Source of the DNA: Octopus bimaculoides
Lineage: Eukaryota
Assembly: GCF_001194135.2 (NCBI RefSeq)
Contig: NC_068986.1
Location: 74,196,776-74,260,775, forward strand
Reading direction: 5' to 3'
Length of the DNA stretch: 64,000 bases
Position numbers and translations under genes: made by a program. The notes under the pieces were generated by a model, which ran no database searches, had not been told where the DNA came from, and worked only from the letters and a program-made list of their open reading frames with translations. Numbering within the stretch: position 1 is the first letter of the stretch; each line of letters begins with the position of its first letter. Shown here piece after piece: positions 37,378-49,776 of the stretch.

Positions 37378-37734
37378 GCACACACACCCACCCACATATA
37401 AATAGATATATAACAGAGTTATTAGTAAGGGATTATCAATCCAGGCAAATACTTTATTAGATCTCCGTGAGTATATCAGGCTGACAGTATTGTTTAGATT
37501 AGTAAAGAACTCCAGATATTCTTGTGGCAGGGTCCGAGGTTATAGTTCACCACTATTCTGTATCTTAAATCCATGGTTGTGCTCTAGTTAAACTGCTTTT
37601 TACACAGAATGATAATATATGACAAGGCGTATATAATGGAAAATATTTGATAACCATTATTTACGCCTTGGCTTCTATATATGTTTGAGCCTTCTCACGC
37701 ACAGCATATCACCAAAAGTCTTGATCATTTGAAG

Positions 37735-38073
37735 TTGCCTCTGTGAATCCCATGACCTCTGAATGTTGGACCTCATGGAGGCAACAACAAGCGACCAAGA
37801 CCTTTGGCAATATGCTGTACTTGAGAAGATTCCTCAAGCCATTTGAAATCGTAGTCATGGCCGTTGCCAGTGTCATGTAAATGGCACCTGTGTCAGTGGC
37901 ACATAAAAAGCAACCATTACACTCTTGGAATGGTTGGCACTAGGAAGGGCATCCAGCTGTAGAAACCATGCCAAATCAGACTGGATCCTGATGCAGCTCC
38001 CTGGCTTACCAGTTCAAGTCAAACAGTCTAACCCATGCCAGCATGGAAAGTAGACACAAAATGATGATGATGA
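37735..38073 (+). mobile_element. SINE family B copy, ending ~50 nt upstream of the 38122 exon
   Basis: Body and GAT tail similar to 60612-61002. Confidence 0.8.
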
Positions 38074-38121
38074 TATATTGTAATTAGCATTGACATGATA
38101 ATTATTTGTTTTAATTGACAG

Positions 38122-38228
38122 GTAAAAGATCCACAGGAGTTCCTTCAAATACAATCACATCAGATTTCCCGACATGTAAAGACTTATACCAGGAGGTTGT
38201 CGTTCCAGTGTTTGCAACTCTAAAAGGA
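38122..38228 (+). CDS. PLEKHH: PLEKHH-family exon (GKRSTG...LYQEVVVPVFATLKG), 107 nt, phase 1/0
   Basis: gacag acceptor, GGA|GTATGT donor; VPVFATLKG resembles the VPVYATVKG motif I recall from invertebrate PLEKHH/CG43867 proteins. Confidence 0.88.
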
Positions 38229-38772
38229 GTATGTAGAATTTTGCCTTTTTATTTCCCGTTTCTCGTTTCTTTACAGGTGCAGGCACAGGTGCATGATAAG
38301 AAGTGTACCTCCCTACTACGTAATTTCAGGTTCTGTCCCACTGCATGTCACTTTTCAGTGAACACAAACAGCACAATGACCAGGCTTGTTGTCACAAAAG
38401 ATAGCAAAGGAGCATTACAGCTTGTTAAGACCATGTCATCTAATTACTACTATTATGTAATGTCAAGACAAGGAGATGGACAATACATACACACATACAT
38501 ATGTGTTTGTATATATATATATATGTACACACACACACACACACGTTTGTGCATGTGTCTCTGTGTGTACATGATGGGCTTCTTTCAGTTTCCATGTAAC
38601 ACAACCATTCACAGGGCATTGTTGGACCCAGAGTTAAAGTAGAAGGCATGTGCCAAAAGTTACCACACTAGAGGATTGAACCTGGAACTACATGATGGTA
38701 AACATGTTAGATCTCTTGCCTTGGAGATCTAAAACGATCGAATACCCATTTTATCATCCAAAGCAGCACATT

Positions 38773-39152
38773 TATATATTTACCCATTCTTTAAACATAA
38801 TACTAAGTATTTAAACATAAGCTGAAATATTCTTATTAAAAAAAATAGTTGCAAACGTTGTATAATGTTCCTAACATTCTTTTTGTTTTATTATTTACCC
38901 TTAAATTAAGTATGACAGCTCAAACAGAATGTGAACAAATTGTAACATTGAAAATGGCTGGTATAAAGAATTTCAAGTTGATAAAGTTGAGAAAAAATTA
39001 AGGGCTACAGTGAAAGTAAAGAGTGGCCATTTTGAATTGTAAATATATAGTAAAATATTGTCAATAATTATAACAATTGGCCTGTAAACTTTCATTAACC
39101 AAAAGATAAAATGTTTTATTTTATGATAAAAGGAAGAATGGGTAAATATATA
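38773..39152. mobile_element. MITE-like element with perfect 18-nt terminal inverted repeats
   Basis: TATATATTTACCCATTCT (38773-38790) / AGAATGGGTAAATATATA (39135-39152). Confidence 0.6.
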
Positions 39153-40282
39153 TGGTACACCCAGTAGACTAAACTATCTAATTCCAAATTTCTTCAATTT
39201 ACGTTGCAGAGAAATAACTACATGGCATTCTGGGAACTTTAATTTTGATATACAAGTGAAAATATTTGTCTCATTTACTGATTGCTACAGAAACAGGGGT
39301 TAAGCATCAACTTCATAAACTTTTATGGTCTTTAGAGAAGATTAGAATTTTGTCAATTTAAAATAATCTTGTCAGTCTGCTGCACGTTTTTGCACAGCAG
39401 ATTATGCCATGAAATATGTGGTAGAAATAAATGAAGCAGAAGATGAAGGAATATAACAGAAGGAGGAGATATATATACACCTTATGAAATGAGATTGAAT
39501 AAAAGTACAGTTGCTTAGGGCTGCAGTATCTGAAATTTATTCAATATAAGAATATCTTTATATGGTTTCAACCAACAAAAAAGCAACTAATATATCTAAA
39601 AAATTATTTATATACCGACATTTCTTAAGAATTATTTTTTCTGGAAAAATTTGCTCTATTTCCCAAAGGAATAATTTACAATATTTATATAATCTTAGAG
39701 AGAAATTTCTTTCCTTCTCTCACAAAACTATTCAAAACTTCTTGAAATATTAGCACTTGTGACATTAAACCATTTCCCACCATTTTAAGGCGGGTATTTT
39801 TGTAATTTTTACACAGAATTTAATATTGGCATATTACTGAATTTTGTGGCATTTGACTCCGAAGTAATTACAAAAATGTAGAAATATGAATACAATAATA
39901 TTGCAAGCTGATGTAGTCATGGTTGGTTGCAGATCTAGCCAATATAACATAGATCAGGATGTTGTCAGTCACAGAACAATACACATATGAAATATTGAAA
40001 AATCTCTCTCTTTACTTTCAATCAACTTAGGATTCCCAATTTACTTTTTGTAGAAACTTATGAATGTTTGGCTACACATAGCTTAATGATAAAACAATAC
40101 CAACTGAGTATATCTGGTCTTGTACACTGTTTTATTGACACTTCTACAATTAATAATGACAATAACATTAAAACAAACAATATCTAAAGAATAAACAGCA
40201 ATTATTAGAAGAACAGTAGTAACAACAGTCTCAATGTAGCCACTCAATTTGTTAGACATAATAATCAAATCATCCTCTACTG

Positions 40283-40603
40283 CAGGGATCCTCAACAATT
40301 GTTTTACCTATAGACCCCTTTGATCCTTATTTTATTCTGGTGAACCCCATAACCATTTAATGTTTAAAAACTAGTTTTATAGAGACTTTTTTCAAAGTTC
40401 CTATTTTGTTTTTCACACATCAATTTGTGTAGGTTGAACTATGTAAAATGTTGGAGAAAGAAACCTAGCTATTTCTTGCAAAATGTTTTTCAGGGGCTTT
40501 TAGAATACTATTGTGGATCCCTAATTTACTCTTTTCTTGTGTGGACCCCAAAAATCTTAAATGGACCCCCAGGAACCATATGGACTCTGGTTGAGAACCC
40601 CTG
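40283..40603. mobile_element. hAT-type MITE
   Basis: CAGGGATCCTCAAC...GTTGAGAACCCCTG termini; 8-bp TSD CTCTACTG/CTCTAGTG. Confidence 0.82.
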
Positions 40604-41068
40604 CTCTAGTGGCTTAAACAAAAGACATGTTGGAATATGTAGTCCTACATGTGCAATACTTGAAAACAGTGAGCCAGATGATCATGGCTGGAGTGTCTTC
40701 TATCATAGGGTTGTTGGATTCAGGCAGAAATGAGACAGAAACATCAACAGAAGAACAAAGTTAGGAACTTATCTGTAGGTTACTTTGATCAAAGAATTCC
40801 AGCTATGAACACCCCTTCTATTTATGTGTCAATACAACCAGAATTGTAATCCAAATCATGTCTTTCTATTTTTAAGCATGTAGGGTATGTTTGAGGGGAA
40901 TTTGGCTGCTTCTTCTAGCAGACTAAGTACTCACCTAGTAGTTCTAATTATAAATGTTTCACTGAGTCTGTACAAAAAAATGCAGAGGCAGTGTGTGTAT
41001 GTGTGTATGAGTGAGTAGATTATGTATGCATATATTTATATCTATGCATGTATATATATTTATATATA

Positions 41069-42027
41069 GGAAAATGAAACATAATAATGGGGCAGAATGC
41101 CAAACTGGAAGCATATTTTAATAAAGATTTCTAACCGGCTTTCATTGCATAGCAAATTATCAAGAAGAGGGAGAATGAAAATGTTTTTTACAACAAAGTA
41201 AAAAATGAAAAAAATAATATATAAAACAAATTATATATAAAAAAATAAATATACCAATACATTATATTGTCTTTGAGCTTTTAAAGTTCAATGGTAATTC
41301 ATGTAGATAATGGTTGGAAAAATAAGGATGCTTGAAAATTGAGAGTTGTGTTAGGTTTAAAAAAAGAGAAAAGGGTCTAAAAGTTTGTGTTAAGCAGGAA
41401 GTGTGGTGTCAAAACAGGAAGTGTGTGTAAGGGGAGACATATCTTTTTAGTTGGAGTTATGAANNNNNNNNNNNNNNNNNNNNNNNNNNNNNNNNNNNNN
41501 NNNNNNNNNNNNNNNNNNNNNNNNNNNNNNNNNNNNNNNNNNNNNNNNNNNNNNNNNNNNNNNNNNNNNNNNNNNNNNNNNNNNNNNNNNNNNNNNNNNN
41601 NNNNNNNNNNNNNNNNNNNNNNNNNNNNNNNNNNNNNNNNNNNNNNNNNNNATAACTCCAACTAAAAAGATATGTCTCCCCTTACACACACTTCCTGTTT
41701 TGACACCACACTTCCTGCTTAACACAAACTTTTAGACCCTTTTCTCTTTTTTTAAACCTAACACAACTCTCAATTTTCAAGCATCCTTATTTTTCCAACC
41801 ATTATCTACATGAATTACCATTGAACTTTAAAAGCTCAAAGACAATATAATGTATTGGTATATTTATTTTTTTATATATTATTTTTTTCATTTTTTATTT
41901 CGTTGTAAAAAACATTTTCATTCTCCCTCTTCTTGATAATTAGCTATGCAATGAAAGCCGGTTAGAAATCTTTATTAAAATATGCTTCCAGTTTAGCACT
42001 CTGCCTAATTATTATTTTTCATTTTCC
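41069..42027. repeat. Long inverted repeat (arms ~390 nt) around an assembly gap
   Basis: 41069-41463 versus 41652-42027; inner part identical, outer part differs by substitutions and a ~16-nt indel. Confidence 0.88.
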
Positions 42028-42118
42028 TTTTATTTCTCCACGTGCGGTTAGCACATCCCCACTATTTACTGACTTATTTATATATATCTATATCTATACG
42101 TATGTATACATATACATG

Positions 42119-43886
42119 TCTACTACATATGTGGAAATCTGTGGGTGAGTTTGTTTGTGGCCTTGTTATCTAACTCCTCCTACATCGTTTTATCGATTTT
42201 GATGAAACTTGACACGTGAGTAGAACTCATGTCTGGAAAACTAGGGCTCCTGGAAGGGATTTCATATCAACTACATATAACTAATATATTATTTTTAAAC
42301 GTCCAAGGGAAATAGCCCATTCCCTCCTGCAAATAGACCCTTATATATAGCCAAGGGAAATAACCCATTCATGTTCATAAAGTATTTCATCTTAGTCAAA
42401 TTGAGTATGCTTATTTCTTAGTATTTGAACTATTTAACTTACTTTCGCAATTTATCCAGTACAATGCTTAACCCTTTCGTTACTATATTTCTGACCAAAA
42501 TACACCCCTCATGAGTTTCAATTAAATTCTAAAATAATCATGAATTTAGACTAGTCTCATTAAACACCTGTAACTTTTTTATTTATCAACACATTAATGT
42601 GATATTTGGAACATAATTAAAGAAAGGGTTCTTAATCAATTCTATTGCATAATATTTGTCTCTGGGGTACTGCTAGTGTCTCTCACATGTAAATATTGGT
42701 TCAGCTTCACGAATCGTACTCGTTCATAATACTGGAAATATATTCATCGCCAAAAGGTACCTGATCGCTCCAGTAATTTGTTATTCTGGGTAACTGTCTA
42801 ATACCCATAATAATATTTATGGCAAAAAATGCCCGTATTTCACNNNNNNNNNNNNNNNNNNNNNNNNNNNNNNNNNNNNNNNNNNNNNNNNNNNNNNNNN
42901 NNNNNNNNNNNNNNNNNNNNNNNNNNNNNNNNNNNNNNNNNNNNNNNNNNNNNNNNNNNNNNNNNNNNNNNNNNNNNNNNNNNNNNNNNNNNNNNNNNNN
43001 NNNNNNNNNNNNNNNNNNNNNNNNNNNNNNNNNNNNNNNNNNNNNNNNNNNNNNNNNNNNNNNNNNNNNNNNNNNNNNNNNNNNNNNNNNNNNNNNNNNN
43101 NNNNNNNNNNNNNNNNNNNNNNNNNNNNNNNNNNNNNNNNNNNNNNNNNNNNNNNNNNNNNNNNNNNNNNNNNNNNNNNNNNNNNNNNNNNNNNNNNNNN
43201 NNNNNNNNNNNNNNNNNNNNNNNNNNNNNNNNNNNNNNNNNNTCAAATGTACATTTAAATAACAATGGGTACTCTCGGACGGCTACGGCCGGGTTGGTCT
43301 TATGAACTAAAAATTTTTTCGGACGGCTACGGCCGGGTTAGTAACGAAAGGGTTAAACAAGCAAATAATATTTTCTTAAACAATAGATTCACTTATTTTG
43401 GTTAGTAACTTATTCATGAGTATACTAACACTAGCGCTGCTGAGGGTAACATTCTTTGCAAATGCACAAAAGCTTTTTTCAGAGTTATTTACTTTGAATT
43501 ATTATCTCATCTGATTAGCCTGTTATTACATAACATGTTTTGTGATTTTAGTATACATACCTTATCAGTATTTCCTCCTAAGTTCTATATACTCTGGGAA
43601 TGTATTAAAGCCCTTTTCATTGCTACTTTATCTGAATTCTTACTATCGGGTAATTAATTTCATGTTATTACATAACTGACTTCACAATTTGAATATTCAT
43701 AACTTATTTGGAATTCCTAAAAACAAGATCCTGTGTAAGACAGTTCACTATCCTCAATAAATGCACAAAAACCGTTTTAAAGGCTATATACTTTTTATTG
43801 TTGTTACTGGATTAGTGAAACAATTATGAGATTTGAACCAGGGGGTAAGCCCCACTTTCCTGGGAATTACCGGGTATGTCAGCTAG
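42119..43886 (+). mobile_element. Non-autonomous Helitron-like element interrupted by a piggyBac derivative
   Basis: 5' TCTACTACATAT..., TGTTTGT and GATTTTGATGAAACTTG motifs; 3' hairpin (GGGG-TAAG-CCCC) followed by CTAG at 43883-43886. Linking these ends into one element is inference. Confidence 0.5.
42472..43352 (-). mobile_element. piggyBac derivative with transposase remnant
   Basis: TTAA TSDs (42468-42471, 43353-43356), 14-nt TIR CCCTTTCGTTACTA, peptide EIRAFFAINIIMGIRQLPRITNYWS (42707-42843); central gap. Confidence 0.9.
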
Positions 43887-44170
43887 TCTACTACATATGT
43901 GGAAAATCAGTGTGTGTTTGTTTGTGACGTTGTTAGCTAACTCCTTCGTCGTTTTATTGATTTTGATGAGCCTTGACATGTGAGTAGAACTCATGTCCGG
44001 AAACCTCATTACATACTTAGATTGTTGAAAACATCGATAATACGGCCCCTGGAAGAGACCTTTATATCTACCTCATATAACTTATTTCTTTTTTTCTTTA
44101 ACACCCACGGAAAATAATCCATGGCACCTGTGCAATATTTTTTTAAACACTCAAAGAAAATAACCCATTT
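43887..44170 (+). mobile_element. Second Helitron-like copy, head-to-tail with the first
   Basis: Repeats 42119-42380; begins TC immediately after CTAG. Confidence 0.6.
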
Positions 44171-44329
44171 CATTGTTTATGTTCGATTGCTTTGAATATT
44201 GATTTTTTGTGTGTCCTATTTCTAATTTTTGCAGACAATATCACTTTTATACTTTATTTGACATGTGAGTAGAACTTATGTCTGGAAACCTCGTGACATC
44301 TGGCTTTGTGCAGCTCCTGGCAAACAGTT

Positions 44330-44815
44330 TTTGTGGAAACTGGGTTCTAGAAGTGATCATTAAGCAAAAGTAATTTTGGGAGCTGTACTTTTGTGATCCT
44401 TTCTAACAATTCGTGTAAAAGTCCATTGGTCCCTATCTGAAAGTTTTGGTTTTCTTCCGGAGTTTTATTTCAATGAGGAGGTTTTTCCCTCTTTCTCAAA
44501 GGGTGTCAGTACTTTTGAGACAGTACTTCTTGATACACCAAACATTTCGGTTGTTTTCATCATGCTAGAACCTGCCATATGAGCACCAAAAATTTGACCT
44601 CTTTGAAAGTCCGATAGATCTGTCATTTTAATGAATTTTAATTACCTTTTTCTGATGATATCTGAAAAGAAACAGCAATTTTAGCAAAGCATATTAAGCA
44701 ACACTAATAATAAACCAAAAAACATAAAAATAAACAAGCTTTTGGTGGTTTCATAGATATTTCAAAATTATGATGCTAGGATGCTACGTGTTTCCATTAT
44801 TTTGTCCAACCCCTG
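44330..44815 (-). mobile_element. Tc1 transposon 5' fragment
   Basis: TA|CAGGGGTTGGACAAAATAATGGAAACAC end; MTDLSDFQRGQIFGAHMAG...GVSRSTVSKV...SGRKPKLS HTH region from 44626. Confidence 0.88.
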
Positions 44816-46226
44816 TATATAGATACATACAGTAATGCAAGCACCTGATACTAGCCGGAAGCCTATTTCTTGGAGTATTAGTACTGTTCCTGAATAGGAG
44901 GAGGACCAAGAGTCAACTCATAGTGCCCAGGACCATTCTACTCAATATGCTCAGAGCACAAGAAGTGCATGCAAATCTGAAAGCCTTAAGCCACGAGAGC
45001 TTGAGGTAGTAGATACTACACATATTGCCTTTTGATTAAAATATATATACATTACTAATACTGAGAGGTAAAATTTATCTCACTTAAACGTAGATGTTCT
45101 GTTTGAACAAGTTATACTATGGTAGACATCATGAGAGAAACTCTCATAATGGCTTTTGGTGCAAAATGTGTAGAATGCACTCTTATTTATGTTGCTAGTG
45201 GGGAGATAAATTCCCATTATCTCTAGTGCCGAGACCACTAGATCACATGGTTTTGACCTTCTTTAGTCTTGTCAATGATGGACTCTTGGCTGCTAGAGAT
45301 AACAGCAACACATCTCCCTGCCAGTTATGTATAGAAGGACAATGCCAGAACAGGCATAACTGAATATGCTACCAGTAGCAGATTTGAGATGGACTCATTT
45401 GAATGGGGACTTAGATGTGATCCTGGACAACATTCTGGGAGGTAATTACACCTGCTGAAGATATGAAAGCTTTCCAAGCTGGTAGTACTTTTAGTCCACC
45501 TTCAAGAGATGAGGTTCCAATATATTTTAAGAAGCTTCTACATCTCAGATGTTGATTTCACATGTGGTGACCACAGTTAGGAACTTAGGTTGATGTAATT
45601 TCACATAGATATACTGCCTGGGAAAAAGACATAAAGCTGGAAATTATTTGAAATTATTTGATTGGAAATTATTTAACTGTGTCTCTGCTGGTTCAGGGGT
45701 GACTTTGGGCCAGACAACAATAAGAACAACACCAGTTAGTATCTCTAATTAGAGATAAAGACCAGCAAAGATTGAGAAAATGTCAAATGAAATGTAAGAA
45801 ACCAAAGTCTTAGATTTGAAATGGCACGCAAGAATGGTGTCTGGGGTTTGGAATGTTATATTGTAGATCTAGCAAATCATTCAAGCATGGGACTGACAAA
45901 ACAATGATGGTGCTGGTGTGGATGACTTATGATGATGACAGTTGTTGTAGTGGTGTGGTAGTAGTGAAGGTGATGGTGATGATGTTGCAGTTGTTTATGA
46001 TCTTATATTTTCTTCTTTGTATAGAAGATGACATCACTTCTACTACATTGCTCTTCACTATGTTGATCTCTCCATCAACATTGTCATCACCATTATGATC
46101 TTCCTCATCAATACCACAATTGTCATGGCCACCACCTAATCATCTCCCCCAAACCACCACTGATAACCCACTGCCACTAGCACTACAAATGATGTTGTAA
46201 CAGTTATTTTTATTTACTACTTTCAG

Positions 46227-46428
46227 AAAGCAGCTCAAATCCGCAAATCTCCATTCATGGATGATACTACATCAGACTCATCTGATGACGAGGCATGTAC
46301 TGGACTATACAGTGGCCAATCAGAGGCAATAGAATCAGTGACCAGCCCAGTTAGTGGACACACATTCAGCTCCCTTTCCATACGAAAGACAGCAATTAAC
46401 CAGAGTAGCTCTGGTGCTGTTAAGAGAG
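46227..46428 (+). CDS. PLEKHH: PLEKHH-family exon (KAAQIRKSPFMDDTTSDSSDDE...GAVKR-G), 202 nt, phase 0/1
   Basis: tttcag acceptor, AGAG|GTAATT donor; continues the motif (xAxQIRxxPF...SDSSD). Confidence 0.88.
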
Positions 46429-48257
46429 GTAATTATCTCCACAGTCCTTTGCAAGTGTGTTTCTCTTTCTAGTTTGAATAGATTTTATTTGTAATACCTT
46501 AAGTCAAAATAGAAGAAGGGGAAGCAGCATGTATTGTCTTTAGAAAAAGCTCCAAGACTGACAAGTGTAAGTAAAGAAGGAGGCACAAGTCACAGATTAA
46601 TGCTCATTACCAAATAGAAATTAAAATTTTTAAGTACCTTATTTTCTAGCATATAAGCCAAGCCAAATTGTTCAGACCAAAATATACTGCATAAAAAAGG
46701 TAGACAAACTTTATACACTGTGACAACTTTGAAAGACCAAAAATTCCATGCAAAATCCAGCAGGATTTGGAAAGATGGTAACTACAGCATAGAACAAAAA
46801 TTTTAGTTACTTGTTAATTTCCGTTATAATTACATTGTGTTCATATTGATGTGCAATTATAATCATAAACCACTCAATCATTTTACTATAGCAATTTGTA
46901 TGCTGGAAAATACAGTATCACAGCTAGACATTAGTGAACTTAGGTGGGTTTCACAAGATCCTGTGTTTGCTTTAGTCACCAATCATGAACTGTAACAAAA
47001 TTTAGAAGGTATTTAGTACCAACTTGATTTTTTTAAAACTTTGATTTCTTCTGTGTTAGTTAGAAACAAGACTCAGTATTTAGTGCAAAGAAAGAACTAA
47101 TGATAAAAATATTGAATATATCTTTTGAAAAATTCCTAATGCATAAAATGGAACCATTCCTTCCACTAGCTAGGAATCTATCACTGAATTATGATATAGT
47201 GTCTATTCTATTGTCATCAAACCTTGATTTACTTGACATAACTGGTAATACAGCTATCACATGTTACATATTTATTTAATATTTGCTATGTGGATATGAG
47301 TGAAACAGGTGATTGTCTATAGATGATAGTGAGTAGTAGATTCTCTGTTAGATTTAATGGTAAGCATTCAGTTGTTCAATCAATTAAACTTCCTAATCAT
47401 CAAATTAAGGGATAAGTGGCTAAGTATTCTACAGACATGTATATTGTTAACCTGGTAACGCAGCTCTCAAGCTAAATCAGCAAGACACAATATGTAACAA
47501 AGTTGGATCTTTGAATTACACGTATGATGAATCTGATGGACCTTCTCACAGTATCTGCTTCCCTAGTTTCTCTCAGAAGTTTCAATCAGTCTAAGGTTAA
47601 GGCAAAACATGCATGTAGAAGATGCTGCATAAAGCGACTGAACGCTGTACGTCATGATTTATGATTGCAAAGCAAACTTTGTAATACCTCAGGCATGTCT
47701 GTGTCCACTGTATAAATAAAATATCAAATACAATTGCTTATTTCTAGAATGACATTGTATGGTCAGTATGAGAGGCTGGATCTGGCTGGTTTTCATGTAA
47801 AACAGGCAGAATATTTGGACTGAGTATATAGCCAGCTTAAATGCTAAAGGTTTAAATTATATTTTCAAAAATCTGTTGTGACCTAGAAACCCTTTCATGG
47901 TGTGTCAGTGTTCTGAGTTACATCTAGATACCATTTATATTACACATGTGCAAAGATGCATGCCTGGATTCTACTTTTGCTGTACCAGTGCATTGCAGAA
48001 CACATAGTTAATGCATGTACTGTTCCAGTGCACCATAGCACACATAGCAACTCCTTTGTACTGCATCCATGCACTGGAGAACACATGGATAATGCAACTT
48101 GTGGGGCATTAGTCCAATGCAGCACATCTAGATTCCCCTTGCACTGCATCATGCATAGATATCGCTTATCCTGCACCAGTGCACTGCAGTACATACATAT
48201 AGATACTTTTGTGCTGCACCTGTGCCACACGACTTATTATCTGAGAACTACTTTAAC

Positions 48258-48860
48258 TGTGTGGTAAGAAGCTTGCATCCCAACAACATGGTTCTGGGTT
48301 CAGTCCCATTGCGTGGCACCTTGGACAAGTGTCTTCATCTTTAGCCTCAGGCCAACCAAAGCCTTGTGAGTGAATTTGATTGACTGAAACTGGAAGAGAC
48401 CTGTCGCGCGCGTGTGTGTGTGTGTGTGTGTGCGTGTGCGTGCATGCGCGCATGTGTGTGTGTATGCGTGTGTGTCAAGAGAGCATATTGTGGGTATGGC
48501 AAATTCACTATAAACATTAACCTCACTCATTAATTTAATCACAAATCTTAATGGAAAACCTTTGTTATACCCCTGCTTGAAATTTGGTGGCCTTGCGTGT
48601 GGAAGCACACCCAATGCAAAAACCACCATATGCCACTGATATGTGTGAGTGTGTGTGTGTGTGTGTGTCTTTGCATTTATATTTGCATTCTATCATCTCT
48701 TGACAACTGCTGTTGGTGTGTTTATGTCTCTCTAACTTAGTAGTTTGACAAAATAGATCCATTAGAATAAATACTGGATTTGATTCATTCAACCAAAAAT
48801 TCTTCAAGGCAGAATCCCTGCATGGCCACTGTTTAATGACCAAAACAAGTGAAAAAAAAG
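48258..48860 (+). mobile_element. SINE family A copy with internal insert
   Basis: Head ~48258-48405, tail ~48700-48860. Confidence 0.75.
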
Positions 48861-48927
48861 AAAAAATGGATATAAAAATCCATTTCCAACTGTGACAATT
48901 AAGTTTGGTTGTTTTCATTATTTATAG

Positions 48928-49067
48928 GTGTTTCGTGCCATTCCGAACTCTCAGATATCTCCTGCGACTATGCACTGCCCCCTGATGATACTTCCAGCAA
49001 GAGTGATTCAGAGAGTTCGGAACCTGAACAAAAAATACTCAAATATGCGACAGACAGTCGTAAACAT
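48928..49067 (+). CDS. PLEKHH: PLEKHH-family exon (GVSCHSELSDISCDYALPPD...QKILKYATDSRKH), 140 nt, phase 1/0
   Basis: tttatag acceptor, CAT|GTAAGT donor; DYALPPD motif typical of the pre-PH segment of this family. Confidence 0.9.
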
Positions 49068-49676
49068 GTAAGTTGCATTTTTTCTTATCTATTTGAGGGA
49101 AATTGATTTAATAATCACTGTAATTAATTATTGATACAGTCCCCTTCTTTGTTTGCTGTTCAATACATTACCTGTGTCCCTATATTCCCTACCCCTACCA
49201 ATCTGTCACTCACCTCACATTCTTGTAAATTTACCTGATTGTCTGCTCCCTATCTCCCTCACCTGTACCCCATCCTCATCCACACCCCTCACATTTTCTC
49301 TTTTGTATCTTGAAGGTATACCTAACATCTCGTCTCCAACATCTTTTCTCCTTTTACAGCTGAGTTAGCTATGTCTCTCCTTGAATGCAAGACACCTGTT
49401 CCTCTATCATACACCTAGCTTTCAACCCTGAGCATAAGCCACCTCTCTCAATACCACATTCCCATTCAATCAAAGGGTCTTGTCTTGTAAGCTACCTGGT
49501 GTCTTCACATGTGATACAAAACGAAAAGCACCCAGTACACCCTGTAAAGTAGTTGACATTAGGAAGGGCATCTAGTCATAGAAACCATGAAAAATCAGCT
49601 CAACATATGTCTTCACACTTGATGTACCCTGTTAAACCATCCAGTCATACCAGCATGGAATGCAGATGCTAAAGAT

Positions 49677-49720
49677 CCCCCTCCTCCTCTTCCTCCTCCT
49701 CTTCCTCCTCCTCTTCCTCC

Positions 49721-49752
<32 letters not shown>

Positions 49753-49776
49753 CTCCTCTTCCTCCTCCTCTCTTTC
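49677..49776. repeat. (CCT/CTT) triplet repeat with 12-nt higher-order period
   Basis: Direct reading. Confidence 0.9.

Noticed and set aside
45060-45600. Less AT-rich intronic stretch that might be an extra exon or LINE remnant
   Set aside because: No open frame with usable splice sites and no recognisable motif by eye.
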